DNA of 58,151 bases from Gemmatimonadales bacterium (GCA_025937755.1 JAICQR010000003.1:1-58151), one strand, 5' to 3'. Shown: positions 8,876 to 18,302, counted from the first letter of the stretch. The notes: generated from the letters alone by a model not told the origin. Translations and numbers: made by a program.

Positions 8876-10620
8876 AGGAAACTCAGCAGCTTCCAGTTGG
8901 TGAAGTAGTACAGCATGAAGGCCAGGAAGAAGACCGCGACCAGCACCAGGGTTCCCGGCGTCGGCCCCGCCCATCCGCGAGCCGGCGCGTGGAGCTCGGC
9001 GTTGACCGCGTCAGCGTTGGCCGCGTGTACCGGCGGGTTGGTGAGGCCCTGCGGGATCCCGGCAATTGCCTTTCCGCGCGGGAACTCGGTCACACGTTCA
9101 CCGAAGAAGACTGATGTCACCGCAATGAGGATGAAGGCGAATGCTCCCGTCGCGGCGATGATGCCGCCGATTCCCACCATCGCCATGAAGAGGTCTACCA
9201 CCGGGCTGAATGGCACGTCGTGCGCGGCCTGGGTGAAGGAAATGTCCCAGTGCCGCCGCGGCACCCCGAAGCTGCCGGCGAAGGTCATGCCGAACTCGAG
9301 CAGCAAGAGCCCGCCAGCGAACATGTAGGGCTGGATCTTCGCGAGCCCCCAGAAGGAAACCTTGCGTCGGAAGATGAGCGGCAGGAGATAGTAGGTGGCT
9401 CCCATGAACGCCACGGCGGTTCCGCTCACCACTGTGGCATGGAAGTGCCCGGGAATCCGCAGGGTATTGTGCGCAATGATGTTGATCTGCTCGGTGCCGA
9501 TGGTTACTCCCGTTATCCCTCCGAAGAAGCCGAACACGACAACCGAGAGCACCAGCGACGAAAAGCCCGGATCGCCCCAGGGCGCCTTGCGAAGCCATCC
9601 GAACAATCCCTTGGTGAAACCGCGAAGCCGCATACCCAGCTCGATGCCGGCCGGCACGGTGAACCCGTGGATCATCGAGGCGAGCACCGCCATGTACATG
9701 AAGTACGACGTGTTGACGATCTTCCATGCCGGCCCGAAGCCGGGGTCCACCAGGAGGTGGTGCGCCGAGGCCATCGAGATGAACAGGATGTACAGCACGA
9801 AGGCCCAGCGGCTCACCTTTTCGTTCAGCACCACGGCCCCGACGGTGAGCGCGCCCAGCATGTACCAGATCGCCACCATGGCCGCGACATTGATCTGCTG
9901 GGCGGAGTGGCCGAGGGCCCACCAGAGGAGCCGGTACATCTGGGGATTGACGCTATCGATCAGCCCGACCGACCACAGGAACGTGGGGATATAGACCATG
10001 GCGCCGTGGAGCAGGGTGATAACGGCGATGATGGCTGCAGTCATCGCCCCGTACACCACGAGCGGCATCGATCCGGTGTAGGTCCGCTCCCTCCGCGCGA
10101 TGGTGAGGGTGGCAAAGAATTGTCCCACCACGCTCAGCGCGCCCACCGCGAAGAGGATGATCCCCAGGTAGAAGAGCGGATGGGCCTTGAGCGGCGGATA
10201 GGATGTGTAGAGCACGTCGGCCTTGCCGCTCCACTGCATCGCCTCAACCATCAAGGCGCCGATCAGCATCATCCCGAAGTTGAACCACGCGTACCGCGGC
10301 GCCGCCGGGCGGGCATTCAGGAGCACCGTGCCGGCGAACCACAGCACCGCCATCTCGAAGAAGATGATGAAGAAGATGAGCATGTTCATTCCATGCACGC
10401 CGAGGATCCGGTAATACCACTCGGCGGGGAGGAGATGAACCACTTGCCAGCGGGTCAGCGCCAGGAGGAGCGCGGCAACGGCGCCGATCAGCAGCGCAAC
10501 GACCGCGGCTACCGCGTTGACGCGGATGAGCCGCTCGGCCCGGGCGTCAATCCGGCGGGCCGTGACGGGGCAGGTGCGCCAGCCCGGGGCTCCGGTGCCC
10601 TCAACGGTGGCGGCGGTCAC
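8860..10620 (-). CDS. Heme-copper oxidoreductase subunit I, eNOR-like (putative nitric oxide reductase)
   Basis: Six ligand His (GVHG, GHSAQQIN, AHHL, GHFH); Gln at the H+4 position where O2 reductases have the cross-linked Tyr; GTG start with GGAGG and GTGA overlap. Confidence 0.85.
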   Translation of the reverse strand: MTAATVEGTGAPGWRTCPVTARRIDARAERLIRVNAVAAVVALLIGAVAALLLALTRWQVVHLLPAEWYYRILGVHGMNMLIFFIIFFEMAVLWFAGTVLLNARPAAPRYAWFNFGMMLIGALMVEAMQWSGKADVLYTSYPPLKAHPLFYLGIILFAVGALSVVGQFFATLTIARRERTYTGSMPLVVYGAMTAAIIAVITLLHGAMVYIPTFLWSVGLIDSVNPQMYRLLWWALGHSAQQINVAAMVAIWYMLGALTVGAVVLNEKVSRWAFVLYILFISMASAHHLLVDPGFGPAWKIVNTSYFMYMAVLASMIHGFTVPAGIELGMRLRGFTKGLFGWLRKAPWGDPGFSSLVLSVVVFGFFGGITGVTIGTEQINIIAHNTLRIPGHFHATVVSGTAVAFMGATYYLLPLIFRRKVSFWGLAKIQPYMFAGGLLLLEFGMTFAGSFGVPRRHWDISFTQAAHDVPFSPVVDLFMAMVGIGGIIAATGAFAFILIAVTSVFFGERVTEFPRGKAIAGIPQGLTNPPVHAANADAVNAELHAPARGWAGPTPGTLVLVAVFFLAFMLYYFTNWKLLSFLWKIG

Positions 10621-11222
10621 AGGGCACCTCCGTGCTCGATGGTTGCGTCGGGGTTGTCGGCCACCGCGGCGCCGGTCGAGTCCACCACGATCACCCGACC
10701 CACCATGGTGTGGTGGCCGATGCCGCAGAACTCGTTGCAGATAATGCGGAAGTCGCCCGAGGACGTAGGGGTCACCCGCAGGGCATAGTCGAAGCCCGGC
10801 ACCACCGCGAAGTTGACATTGAGCGGGTAGAGCGAGAACCCGTGGTTCACGTCCAGCGCCGAGAGGTGCAGCATGTACTCCTTGCCCTGTTCCAGCTGGA
10901 GCACCGGGTACCACTGGAAGGACATGGCCACGAGATAGACGTCGGCGCCGGGGGGCGGCGCGGCTATCGGCACGCCGCCGTCGGTGCCCACCTGATACTG
11001 CTTGGCGAACTCCGTGGTGCGCGCGTAAAATGCCTTGGGCTCGACCCGGCTGCGGACTCCGGCCGGATTCTGGCCGCCCTTCCAATGCCAGAGGGGCATC
11101 ATCGCGAACAGCACGATACACCAGGCGAACGCGACCGACACCCAGATTACCTCGGCCTTGTGGGCCGGCTTCCACCAGACTCCCTGCACCGGGTCGAGGC
11201 CGGTATGGACCTTCGTCAGCAT
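10617..11222 (-). CDS. Heme-copper oxidoreductase subunit II (CuA), single TM
   Basis: DVNHGF and CNEFCGIGHHTM CuA motif; AGGAGG RBS. Confidence 0.9.
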   Translation of the reverse strand: MLTKVHTGLDPVQGVWWKPAHKAEVIWVSVAFAWCIVLFAMMPLWHWKGGQNPAGVRSRVEPKAFYARTTEFAKQYQVGTDGGVPIAAPPPGADVYLVAMSFQWYPVLQLEQGKEYMLHLSALDVNHGFSLYPLNVNFAVVPGFDYALRVTPTSSGDFRIICNEFCGIGHHTMVGRVIVVDSTGAAVADNPDATIEHGGAL

Positions 11223-11230
11223 GCGACCTC

Positions 11231-11404
11231 CTATGGGAGTGTGGCTTGGGGCAGGGACATGATCTCCCACATCCCCCAGGCCGTGAACACCACCAGCATC
11301 ACGACCACGCCGAGGACCAGGAGCAGGTACATGTTGTCGAACAGCCGCTGACCGATGGGCACCGGCTCATCGGACGCGTCGGGTGGGGAGGTGGACGGAT
11401 CCAT
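11231..11404 (-). CDS. Small single-TM subunit (IIa-like, 57 aa)
   Basis: QRLFDNMYLLLVLG...WGMWEI; immediately upstream of subunit II; GAGG RBS. Confidence 0.7.
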   Translation of the reverse strand: MDPSTSPPDASDEPVPIGQRLFDNMYLLLVLGVVVMLVVFTAWGMWEIMSLPQATLP

Positions 11405-11429
11405 GGTGCTTCCTCGAGTTCGGGTGGCG

Positions 11430-11852
11430 TCAGGCCCGGCTCGCGCCTGCCGGCGAAGCGTCATCCAGCAGTCGCGCTATGGTAGTGGTCTGAAAGTACT
11501 CCTCGAGGCTGCTGGCGACCTTGCTCCATCGCCGGTGTGCCGCGCATGGATTGGCGTCGCCGCAGGTGGGACGGCCGAGGAGGCATCGCCGCTGGCCCAG
11601 CCGCTCGAACGGCTCGGCCACGGCGGCCAGGGTCAGCTGGTTGGCCGGCTCGGCCAGGCGGAAGCCGCCCCGCGGCCCTCGTTCCGAGCTGAGCACGCCG
11701 GCCCGCGCCAGCGCATGCAGGATCTTCGACAGGTAGTTGCGTGGGGCGCCGGTGGCGTCCGCTATGGCGCCGGCCCGTACAGGCTCACCCCGCGCTGCGG
11801 CTATGCAGAGCACGGCGCTGATTGCCTGCTGTACGGTGCTGGACGGCCACAT
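11430..11852 (-). CDS. Rrf2 family transcriptional regulator with Fe-S Cys motif
   Basis: YLSKILHALARAG..S.RGPRGGFRL; C-x6-C-x5-C-x2-H. Confidence 0.9.
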   Translation of the reverse strand: MWPSSTVQQAISAVLCIAAARGEPVRAGAIADATGAPRNYLSKILHALARAGVLSSERGPRGGFRLAEPANQLTLAAVAEPFERLGQRRCLLGRPTCGDANPCAAHRRWSKVASSLEEYFQTTTIARLLDDASPAGASRA

Positions 11853-11878
11853 GGTATGGATCCGGGAGGAATCTGGCA

Positions 11879-11900
11879 TTTATCATGTCTATATGATAAA
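11879..11900. promoter_or_regulatory. Palindromic operator candidate for Rrf2
   Basis: TTTATCAT-N6-ATGATAAA, a perfect inverted repeat in the 65-bp divergent gap. Confidence 0.65.
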
Positions 11901-11917
11901 CTTTCCGCAAGACCCCC

Positions 11918-13486
11918 ATGCGATCTCTTGAACGTGGTGCCCGCCGCCTTCTAGGCGCCCTCGATGCCGGTGCGAACCGGGCGTGGGGCTGGCGCTGGAA
12001 TCCCCTCCACCAGAGCGGGACGATCGCCGTCGCCATGCTGCTCCTGCTGCTGGCGACCGGGGCGTACCTGATCTTCGTCTACCGCATCAGTGCTCCGTCC
12101 GAGTCGGTAGCCCGGATCGCCGCCAGCCCCTGGCTGGGCGGGTGGATGCGGACCGTGCACCGCTACGCCTCCGACGTCTTCATCGTCGCGGCGGTGCTGC
12201 ACCTGGTCCGGATCTTTGCCCAGTCGCGGAGCTGGGGGCCGAGGGTGGTTGCCTGGCTCTCCGGGCTGATGCTGCTGGGGGCCGGCCTGGTGTGCGCCTG
12301 GACCGGTTTCGTCATGGCATGGGACAGCTTTGGTGAGCGGCTGGCGCGAGAGGGTGCACGGCTGCTCGATGTGCTGCCGATCTTCTCCGAGCCCCTGAGC
12401 CGGATCTTCGCCGGCGACAGGCCGGTCCCCAGCGCTTTTTTCTTCGTCAATCTCTTCATCCATATCGGGCTCCCACTCGCCATGGGCGCGCTGCTGTGGC
12501 TCCACGTGTCGCGCGTGGCGCGGCCGGTGCTGCTGCCGCCCAGGCGGATCAATTGGACCATCGTCGCGCTGCTCATAGTCGCCGCAGTGATGTTCCCGGC
12601 CCGGCTCGGGCCCGCGGCTGATCCCTTCATCACGCCCGGCGAGACACCCATCAACTTCTTCACAGCGTGGTGGCTGCCACTGTCCGAGCGCGCGCCGGCC
12701 GGACTTAGCTGGGGGTTCGGCCTGGCGGTGGCGCTGGGGCTGGTGCTGGTACCGCGCCTGGCGCGAAGGCCGCGGCAGGACAGTCTCGCGCCAAGCGTGG
12801 TTGATTCGCGCCTTTGCACCGGCTGCAACCAGTGCCCGCAGGATTGTCCCTGGGAAGCGATCACCATGGTGCCGCGGGACGATGACCGTCCTACTCTCGT
12901 TGCGCTGGTGGATCCGATGCGCTGTGTGAGCTGCGGCATCTGCGCCGGATCGTGTGCGCCCATGGGTGTCGGTCCGCCGGGGAGGACCGGTCGCGACCAA
13001 CTGGCCGATGTGCGACTGGTTATCGGCGCCGATATCGGGCACCTCGCCGCGAAGCCGGCGGTCGCGGTCTGCTGCGCGCAGGCGCCGAGACAGCAGGTCG
13101 ACGCCCTCCGTTCGCAGGGAGCGCACGTGCACATGGTCAGCTGCGTCGGCAACCTCCACTCATCAGTGGTCGAGATGCTCATTCGGAGTGGTGCACCGGG
13201 CGTGGTGGTGTGCGGCTGTCCGCCCCGCGACTGCACCAGTCGTGAGGGACCCAAATGGCTGGGCGAGCGGCTGTTCAACGACCGCGAGGCGGAGTTGCAG
13301 CCGCGGGTGGACCGGCGGCGGGTGAAAGTGATGACGCTGGCCCCCGGGACAGCGAAGGAAGTTCTGGCCCAGTTCCTCGAGCTCGCAGAGGGGTTCGCCG
13401 CACTCGACCGGCCGGAGGTCGAGCCCGGCGAACCTGAACTCGAGTGCGAGCCGACGGTTGTAGTGGCAGGCAAGGGCCGCCGATGA
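11918..13486 (+). CDS. Cytochrome b / 2x[4Fe-4S] ferredoxin / MvhD(FlpD)-like fusion protein
   Basis: Cyt b His motifs (VHRYAS, LHLVR, IHIG, LHVS); CTGCNQCPQDCP and CVSCGICAGSC; C-terminal CVG..GCPPRDC..REG. Confidence 0.8.
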   Translation: MRSLERGARRLLGALDAGANRAWGWRWNPLHQSGTIAVAMLLLLLATGAYLIFVYRISAPSESVARIAASPWLGGWMRTVHRYASDVFIVAAVLHLVRIFAQSRSWGPRVVAWLSGLMLLGAGLVCAWTGFVMAWDSFGERLAREGARLLDVLPIFSEPLSRIFAGDRPVPSAFFFVNLFIHIGLPLAMGALLWLHVSRVARPVLLPPRRINWTIVALLIVAAVMFPARLGPAADPFITPGETPINFFTAWWLPLSERAPAGLSWGFGLAVALGLVLVPRLARRPRQDSLAPSVVDSRLCTGCNQCPQDCPWEAITMVPRDDDRPTLVALVDPMRCVSCGICAGSCAPMGVGPPGRTGRDQLADVRLVIGADIGHLAAKPAVAVCCAQAPRQQVDALRSQGAHVHMVSCVGNLHSSVVEMLIRSGAPGVVVCGCPPRDCTSREGPKWLGERLFNDREAELQPRVDRRRVKVMTLAPGTAKEVLAQFLELAEGFAALDRPEVEPGEPELECEPTVVVAGKGRR

Positions 13487-14130
13487 GCGCGCGCCTGGGC
13501 CGGGTCGCCATCGGCGTGCTGGCGGGCGCCTTCGCGGCTGCGTTGATCGTCGCCGGGTCCGCAGTCTCCCTGCCGCTTCGTTCGGGTGACTCGGGGCGGA
13601 TACGGCTTTCATGGAGCGCGCGACCCGAGCGCATCGAGACCTGCCGGACGCTCTCGGACGAGGAGGTGGCAGCACTGAGCGAGCACATGCGGCGGCAGGT
13701 GGAATGCGAGGGCAGGTTTGCCACCTACGCGCTCGAAGTGACGGTGGACGGTCAGTTAGTGGAGCAGTCGGTGATTACAGGAGGAGGCCTCCGGGCCGAC
13801 CGGCCCATACACTATCTGCGCGACTTCGAGGTGGCGGATGGCAAGCGGGAGTTCCGCCTGTCCCTGGTCCGGCGCGAGACCGTACCGGAAACACCGGGCG
13901 CCGACGATGCCGGGCCCGACCGCGAGCGAGACGATGACGATCACGACGATGACGCCGCCCGCCGGGAGCCCGGCCGCTCCGAGCGCGAGCGAAGCGAGCG
14001 ACGCCGGCGGGAGCAGACTGCGCTGCCACCTTTGCTGGAGCTGGATACGACGATTGTGATCCAGCCGGGCCAGGTCGTGATAGTTACCTTCGATCCGGTG
14101 AGGCAGGAGTTCGGGTTTGTCACGAGGTAG
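13483..14130 (+). CDS. Membrane-anchored hypothetical protein coupled to the cyt b fusion
   Basis: ATGA overlap; N-terminal TM; two Cys (ETCRTL..VECEGR). Confidence 0.7.
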   Translation: MSARLGRVAIGVLAGAFAAALIVAGSAVSLPLRSGDSGRIRLSWSARPERIETCRTLSDEEVAALSEHMRRQVECEGRFATYALEVTVDGQLVEQSVITGGGLRADRPIHYLRDFEVADGKREFRLSLVRRETVPETPGADDAGPDRERDDDDHDDDAARREPGRSERERSERRRREQTALPPLLELDTTIVIQPGQVVIVTFDPVRQEFGFVTR

Positions 14131-14157
14131 CGGTGCAGCGCGCACATCGGAGCAGAC

Positions 14158-14478
14158 ATGGCCTGGATCTTCCTTATAGTGGCGGGGCTGCTCGAAGTGG
14201 TCTGGGCCATCGGGCTCAAGTACTCGGAAGGATTCACCCGGTTCTGGCCCAGCGTGCTGACCATCATCGCCATGATCATCAGCATGGGGCTGCTTGGCAT
14301 CGCCATGAAGTCGCTGCCGGCCGGGACGGCGTACAGCATCTGGGTCGGCATCGGAGCGGTCGGCACGGTGGTGCTCGGCATCGCACTGCTGGGCGAGCCC
14401 GCCAACGCGGCCAGGCTCATCAGTGTGGGGTTCATCATCGCCGGCATCATCGGGCTCAAGCTCGCAACGCCGGTATGA
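14158..14478 (+). CDS. sugE: SMR transporter, Gdx/SugE subtype
   Basis: [36 protein letters not shown]; 4 TM. Confidence 0.9.
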   Translation: MAWIFLIVAGLLEVVWAIGLKYSEGFTRFWPSVLTIIAMIISMGLLGIAMKSLPAGTAYSIWVGIGAVGTVVLGIALLGEPANAARLISVGFIIAGIIGLKLATPV

Positions 14479-14482
14479 CCAA

Positions 14483-15304
14483 CTGATCGCGGAATGGTTC
14501 ACCGGTCTCAGCCCGGTGCTGCAGGCGCTGGTGGCTGGCGTCGGCACCTGGGCCCTCACCGCGCTGGGTGCGGCCACGGTCTTCCTGCACCGGGCGCTTC
14601 CTCAGCGACTGCTGGATGGCATGCTGGGCTTCGCGGCCGGCGTCATGATCGCAGCGAGTTTCTGGTCGCTGCTCGCGCCAGCCATTGACCTTGCCGAAGC
14701 GGGCGGCGGTCCGTCCTGGTTTCCGGCGGCGGTGGGGTTTCTCTGCGGGGCCGCATTCCTGCGGCTGATCGACCAGATCCTGCCTCATCTTCACCCCGAC
14801 CTGGCGGACCGGGGCGATGCCGAGGGCGTGCCGACCCACTGGCGCCGCACCACGTTGCTCGTGCTCGCGATCACCCTGCACAACCTGCCGGAGGGTCTCG
14901 CGGTCGGGGTGGCGTTTGGTGGCGCCGCAAGCAACGTGACGAATGGAGTCTCGCTGGCTGCCGCCCTCGCCCTCGCCGTGGGCATCGCATTGCAGAACGT
15001 ACCCGAGGGCGTCGCGGTGGCGATGCCCCTCCGGCGCGAGGGCCTCTCCCGATTCCGTGCCTTCTGGTTCGGGCAGCTGTCGGCCGCGGTGGAGCCGGTG
15101 GCGGCTGTGGCCGGTGCGGCTTTCGTCGGGATGCTGATGCCGGTGCTGCCCTACGCGCTTGCCTTTGCCGCCGGAGCGATGCTGTACGTGGTCATCGAAG
15201 AGCTGCTCCCTGCCGCCCAGCGTGAGGGTCACGCCGATCTGGTAACCTCGGCAACCCTGATAGGTTTCACGCTCATGATGGTGCTGGACGTTGCCCTGGG
15301 CTAG
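14483..15304 (+). CDS. ZIP family metal transporter (ZupT/GufA-like); start uncertain
   Basis: [28 protein letters not shown]; no in-frame ATG at the expected N-terminus. Confidence 0.85.
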   Translation: MIAEWFTGLSPVLQALVAGVGTWALTALGAATVFLHRALPQRLLDGMLGFAAGVMIAASFWSLLAPAIDLAEAGGGPSWFPAAVGFLCGAAFLRLIDQILPHLHPDLADRGDAEGVPTHWRRTTLLVLAITLHNLPEGLAVGVAFGGAASNVTNGVSLAAALALAVGIALQNVPEGVAVAMPLRREGLSRFRAFWFGQLSAAVEPVAAVAGAAFVGMLMPVLPYALAFAAGAMLYVVIEELLPAAQREGHADLVTSATLIGFTLMMVLDVALG

Positions 15305-15396
15305 CGCTTCTCGAAGCTGGAAGCCATGATCCGAAGGGCATAGCCCCACGACAAGCTCAATCAGAGCATGTTTGCACCCCATCAAGAGCACAGATC

Positions 15397-16788
15397 ATGC
15401 TGCACTTGTCGCGCATCCGGGCGGCCCAGACAACGCTGCTGCTGACTGTCAGCCTCGGCCACAGCGCTCCCGGCAGCGCCCAATCCCTTCCAACCGACAC
15501 CGCAGCCAGGCCATCAGTCATCCTGATTCTCATGGATGACATGGGCTATGGCGACCTCGCCAGCTACGGCGCTCCCGACGTTCGCACTCCGAATATCGAT
15601 CGCCTCGCACGTGAGGGTGTCCGTTTGACCGATGCCTACGCCAACGGTGCCGTCTGCACGCCTACCCGTGTCGCCCTCATCACGGGGCGATACCAGCAGC
15701 GGACCGGACTGGAATGGGTGCTGGAAGCGATGCCCGGACATCGGGAGCTGGGTCTCGCACCAACCGGTGCCTCACTGCCTGCGTTGCTCAAGGGCAACGG
15801 GTACGCCACTGCCCTCTTCGGCAAGTGGCACCTTGGCTGGAAGCCCGAGTACTCGCCCAACCGCCACGGGTTCGATGAGTTCTACGGCTTTCTCAGCGGC
15901 GCGCACTCCTACTACACCAACCGGGCCGAGGTCCGGGGCGCCGGGGGCGGCCTGCCCGATCTTTTCGAGAACGCTCGACCAGTCGAGGCCACCGGGTATC
16001 TGACCGATGTCGTAACCCAGCGGGCCGTGGACTTCATCTCCCGTCATGCCGCTGAGCCGTTCTTCCTCGAAGTCGCCTACAATGCGGTGCACTGGCCCTT
16101 CGAACGCCCCGACAGCGCCGCCGCTGAGGCGGCGCGAAGCGGCTCGCGGCCACTGCTCCAGATGCCGGACGACCCACATCCTGCCACGCGTCAGGACTAC
16201 ACCCGGATCCTCGAGCGGGCCGACTACGGGGTGGGCGAAATCCTGGCGGCTCTCGACAGCCTCGGCCTCTCCAGCTCGACTCTGGTCATCTTCACCAGCG
16301 ACAACGGTGGGGAGTGGCTGTCGCGCAATGCACCGCTCACCAATCGAAAGGGAACGCTGTGGGAAGGCGGGATCCGGGTGCCGCTTATCCTGCGCTGGCC
16401 TGATGCGCTTCCCGCCGGGCAGACATCATCACAGGTTGCTATCACCATGGACCTCACGGCGTCGATCCTCGCGGCGACGAACACTCGAGCGCCCGCCGGT
16501 CATCGCCTGGACGGGATCAACATTCTGCCGGTGCTGCGAGGGGAGACCGAGCGCGTCGGGCGCGATCTCTATTGGCGGGTCAACCGGCCTGACCGTCGCC
16601 AGCGTGCGATCCGGTCAGGCGGCTGGAAGCTGCTGCAGGACGCCGATTCGCTCGAACTCTTCGACCTGCGCCACGACCCGGGTGAGCGGAGCGACCTAGC
16701 CGCCCAGCACCCGGACGTTGTGAGCCGGCTCCGGCTCATGGTCGATCAGTGGGAAGCGGAGGTGAATCAGGACAGTGTCAGCCGATAG
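15397..16788 (+). CDS. Formylglycine-dependent sulfatase, secreted
   Basis: DDMGYGD, CTPTR (CxPxR), GKWHLG, SDNG. Confidence 0.9.
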   Translation: MLHLSRIRAAQTTLLLTVSLGHSAPGSAQSLPTDTAARPSVILILMDDMGYGDLASYGAPDVRTPNIDRLAREGVRLTDAYANGAVCTPTRVALITGRYQQRTGLEWVLEAMPGHRELGLAPTGASLPALLKGNGYATALFGKWHLGWKPEYSPNRHGFDEFYGFLSGAHSYYTNRAEVRGAGGGLPDLFENARPVEATGYLTDVVTQRAVDFISRHAAEPFFLEVAYNAVHWPFERPDSAAAEAARSGSRPLLQMPDDPHPATRQDYTRILERADYGVGEILAALDSLGLSSSTLVIFTSDNGGEWLSRNAPLTNRKGTLWEGGIRVPLILRWPDALPAGQTSSQVAITMDLTASILAATNTRAPAGHRLDGINILPVLRGETERVGRDLYWRVNRPDRRQRAIRSGGWKLLQDADSLELFDLRHDPGERSDLAAQHPDVVSRLRLMVDQWEAEVNQDSVSR

Positions 16789-16800
16789 GAGGAATCGATC

Positions 16801-17178
16801 ATGTCAAGCGTCAGCGTGCGGTACATAATCAACGACGTCGCAGCGGCAATGCAGTTCTATGCCTCCATACTCGGCTTCACGGTGGAGCACGACGCCTCCC
16901 CGGCATTCGTGGCTGTCGCGCGCGATGGCGTCCGCCTGTTGCTGAGTGGAGACGGAAGTTCGGGAAAGAAAACGCTCGCCGATGGCCGAACGCAGGAGGC
17001 GGGCGGCTGGAACCGGCTCAATATCGAAGTAGCCGATCTCCCGGCGGAAGTTGCCCGGCTCAAGGCTGCGGGCGTGCCTTTCCGGACTCCCGAGATCGTC
17101 AGTGGCCCTGGCGGTTCGCAGGTCATCATCGATGACCCGTCCGGCAACCCGGTGGAGCTGTTCCAGCCGAGGTCGTAG
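16801..17178 (+). CDS. VOC/glyoxalase family protein
   Basis: VRYIINDV..FY, DDPSGNPVELF; AGGAGG RBS. Confidence 0.85.
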   Translation: MSSVSVRYIINDVAAAMQFYASILGFTVEHDASPAFVAVARDGVRLLLSGDGSSGKKTLADGRTQEAGGWNRLNIEVADLPAEVARLKAAGVPFRTPEIVSGPGGSQVIIDDPSGNPVELFQPRS

Positions 17179-17184
17179 CTCCGG

Positions 17185-17583
17185 CTATCGCGCTGCCGCG
17201 CGATTCACTTGCACTGCCTCGCGAATCAGTGCCTCGAACGCTGTCGGGTCGAGTTCCTCACCTTCGTGAATGTCGATGGCGCGCCGGGTGTTGCCCTCAA
17301 GGCTCGCATTGAACAGCCCGGACGGGTCATGCAGCGACGCGCCTTTCATGAAGGTGAGCTTGACCGCGTTCCGGTAGCTCTCGCCAGTGCAGATCTGCCC
17401 GTTGTCAGACCACACTGGCACCCCCCGCCATCGCCACTCCTCGACCACGTCAGGGTCAGCCTGCTTGATGAGCCTGCGCACCCGGGCGAGCGCCTCGCCT
17501 CGCCAGTCGGCCAGTTCCGCAATGCGCTCATCGATCTTCCGGGACGCTGAGTCCCCGCTGGTTACCGCAGCTGTCTTCTTCAT
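17185..17583 (-). CDS. DUF1801 (YdhG-like) protein
   Basis: DWRGEALARVR.LI..ADP.VVEEW.W, FNASLEGNTRRAID. Confidence 0.85.
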   Translation of the reverse strand: MKKTAAVTSGDSASRKIDERIAELADWRGEALARVRRLIKQADPDVVEEWRWRGVPVWSDNGQICTGESYRNAVKLTFMKGASLHDPSGLFNASLEGNTRRAIDIHEGEELDPTAFEALIREAVQVNRAAAR

Positions 17584-17753
17584 GACAAGTCATCCCGATG
17601 TGAATGCCGCCGCCTGCTCCAATTGGAAGCATACGGAAGCGCGAACAGGAACAATCCGGTGAACATCAGCAGGAAAAGTGGCGGCAACGGCGAGTAGGTG
17701 ATGAAAGCGGGCGGCTGCTGGCCCCCGCGTACGGCGAGCGCCACGAAGTTGGC
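17580..17753 (-). pseudogene. 3' remnant of a small membrane protein gene
   Basis: Startless frame ANFVALAVRGGQQPPAFITYSPLPPLFLLMFTGLFLFALPY..; its stop overlaps the DUF1801 start (ATGA). Confidence 0.7.
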
Positions 17754-17973
17754 AGTTCACGACACCATCCCACCCAGGCTGCGGATCGGTCCTGAAGCTG
17801 AACAGTGTTCCCGGCTCGAGTTCGAGTTCGAGCTCGACCACCGGCAGCAGCCACTGGGTGAGCAGGGCAGGATCGGTGAGCGCACGCCACACGTTCTCCG
17901 GCGGGTGCTGCAGGTCGAACTCGAATGCCAGCGAGTCCGATTGCGCCGGGGCGGTGTTGTCTACCAGGGTCAT
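17751..17973 (-). pseudogene. 5' half of an SRPBCC/AHSA1 gene, truncated
   Basis: FEFDLQHPPENVWRALTDPALLTQWLL..GWDGVVNC, then similarity is lost. Confidence 0.7.
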
Positions 17974-18302
17974 TTGTCCATCCTTTCCAGCAGCTGATCG
18001 AGCCGGGCGACGTGCTGGGGCCAGAACGCGCGATAGTGCGCGAGCCAGTCGATCAGCGGCTTGATGCCGCTCGGCTCCACCCGGTAATAGACGTGGCGCC
18101 CGTCCCGCCGGCGGTTCACCAGCCCGGCGCCTCTCAGCGCCGAGAGGTGCTGGGACACCGCTGGCTGGGAAATATCGAAGCGGGCGGTGAGTTCGTTGAC
18201 CGCTGCCTCGCCCCGGGTCAGCGACTCGAAGAGGGCCCGGCGGCTGGGGTCGGCCAGCGCCTGGAAGATCCGGTCCTGGGGGGCGGTAGTTGGCATAGCC
18301 AT
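17970..18302 (-). CDS. ArsR/SmtB family regulator
   Basis: FQALADPSRR, SQPAVSQHL..L..AGLV. Confidence 0.9.
   Translation of the reverse strand: MAMPTTAPQDRIFQALADPSRRALFESLTRGEAAVNELTARFDISQPAVSQHLSALRGAGLVNRRRDGRHVYYRVEPSGIKPLIDWLAHYRAFWPQHVARLDQLLERMDK

Noticed and set aside
8860-11175. 771-aa version of subunit I, and the label 'cytochrome c oxidase'
   Set aside because: The first 185 codons overlap subunit II out of frame, and the real start is GTG 10620. The active-site Tyr is absent, so O2 reductase is not supported
14131-14157. Guanidine riboswitch upstream of sugE/gdx
   Set aside because: Only 27 bp of intergenic space and no twin ACGR hairpins or ykkC-like motif seen
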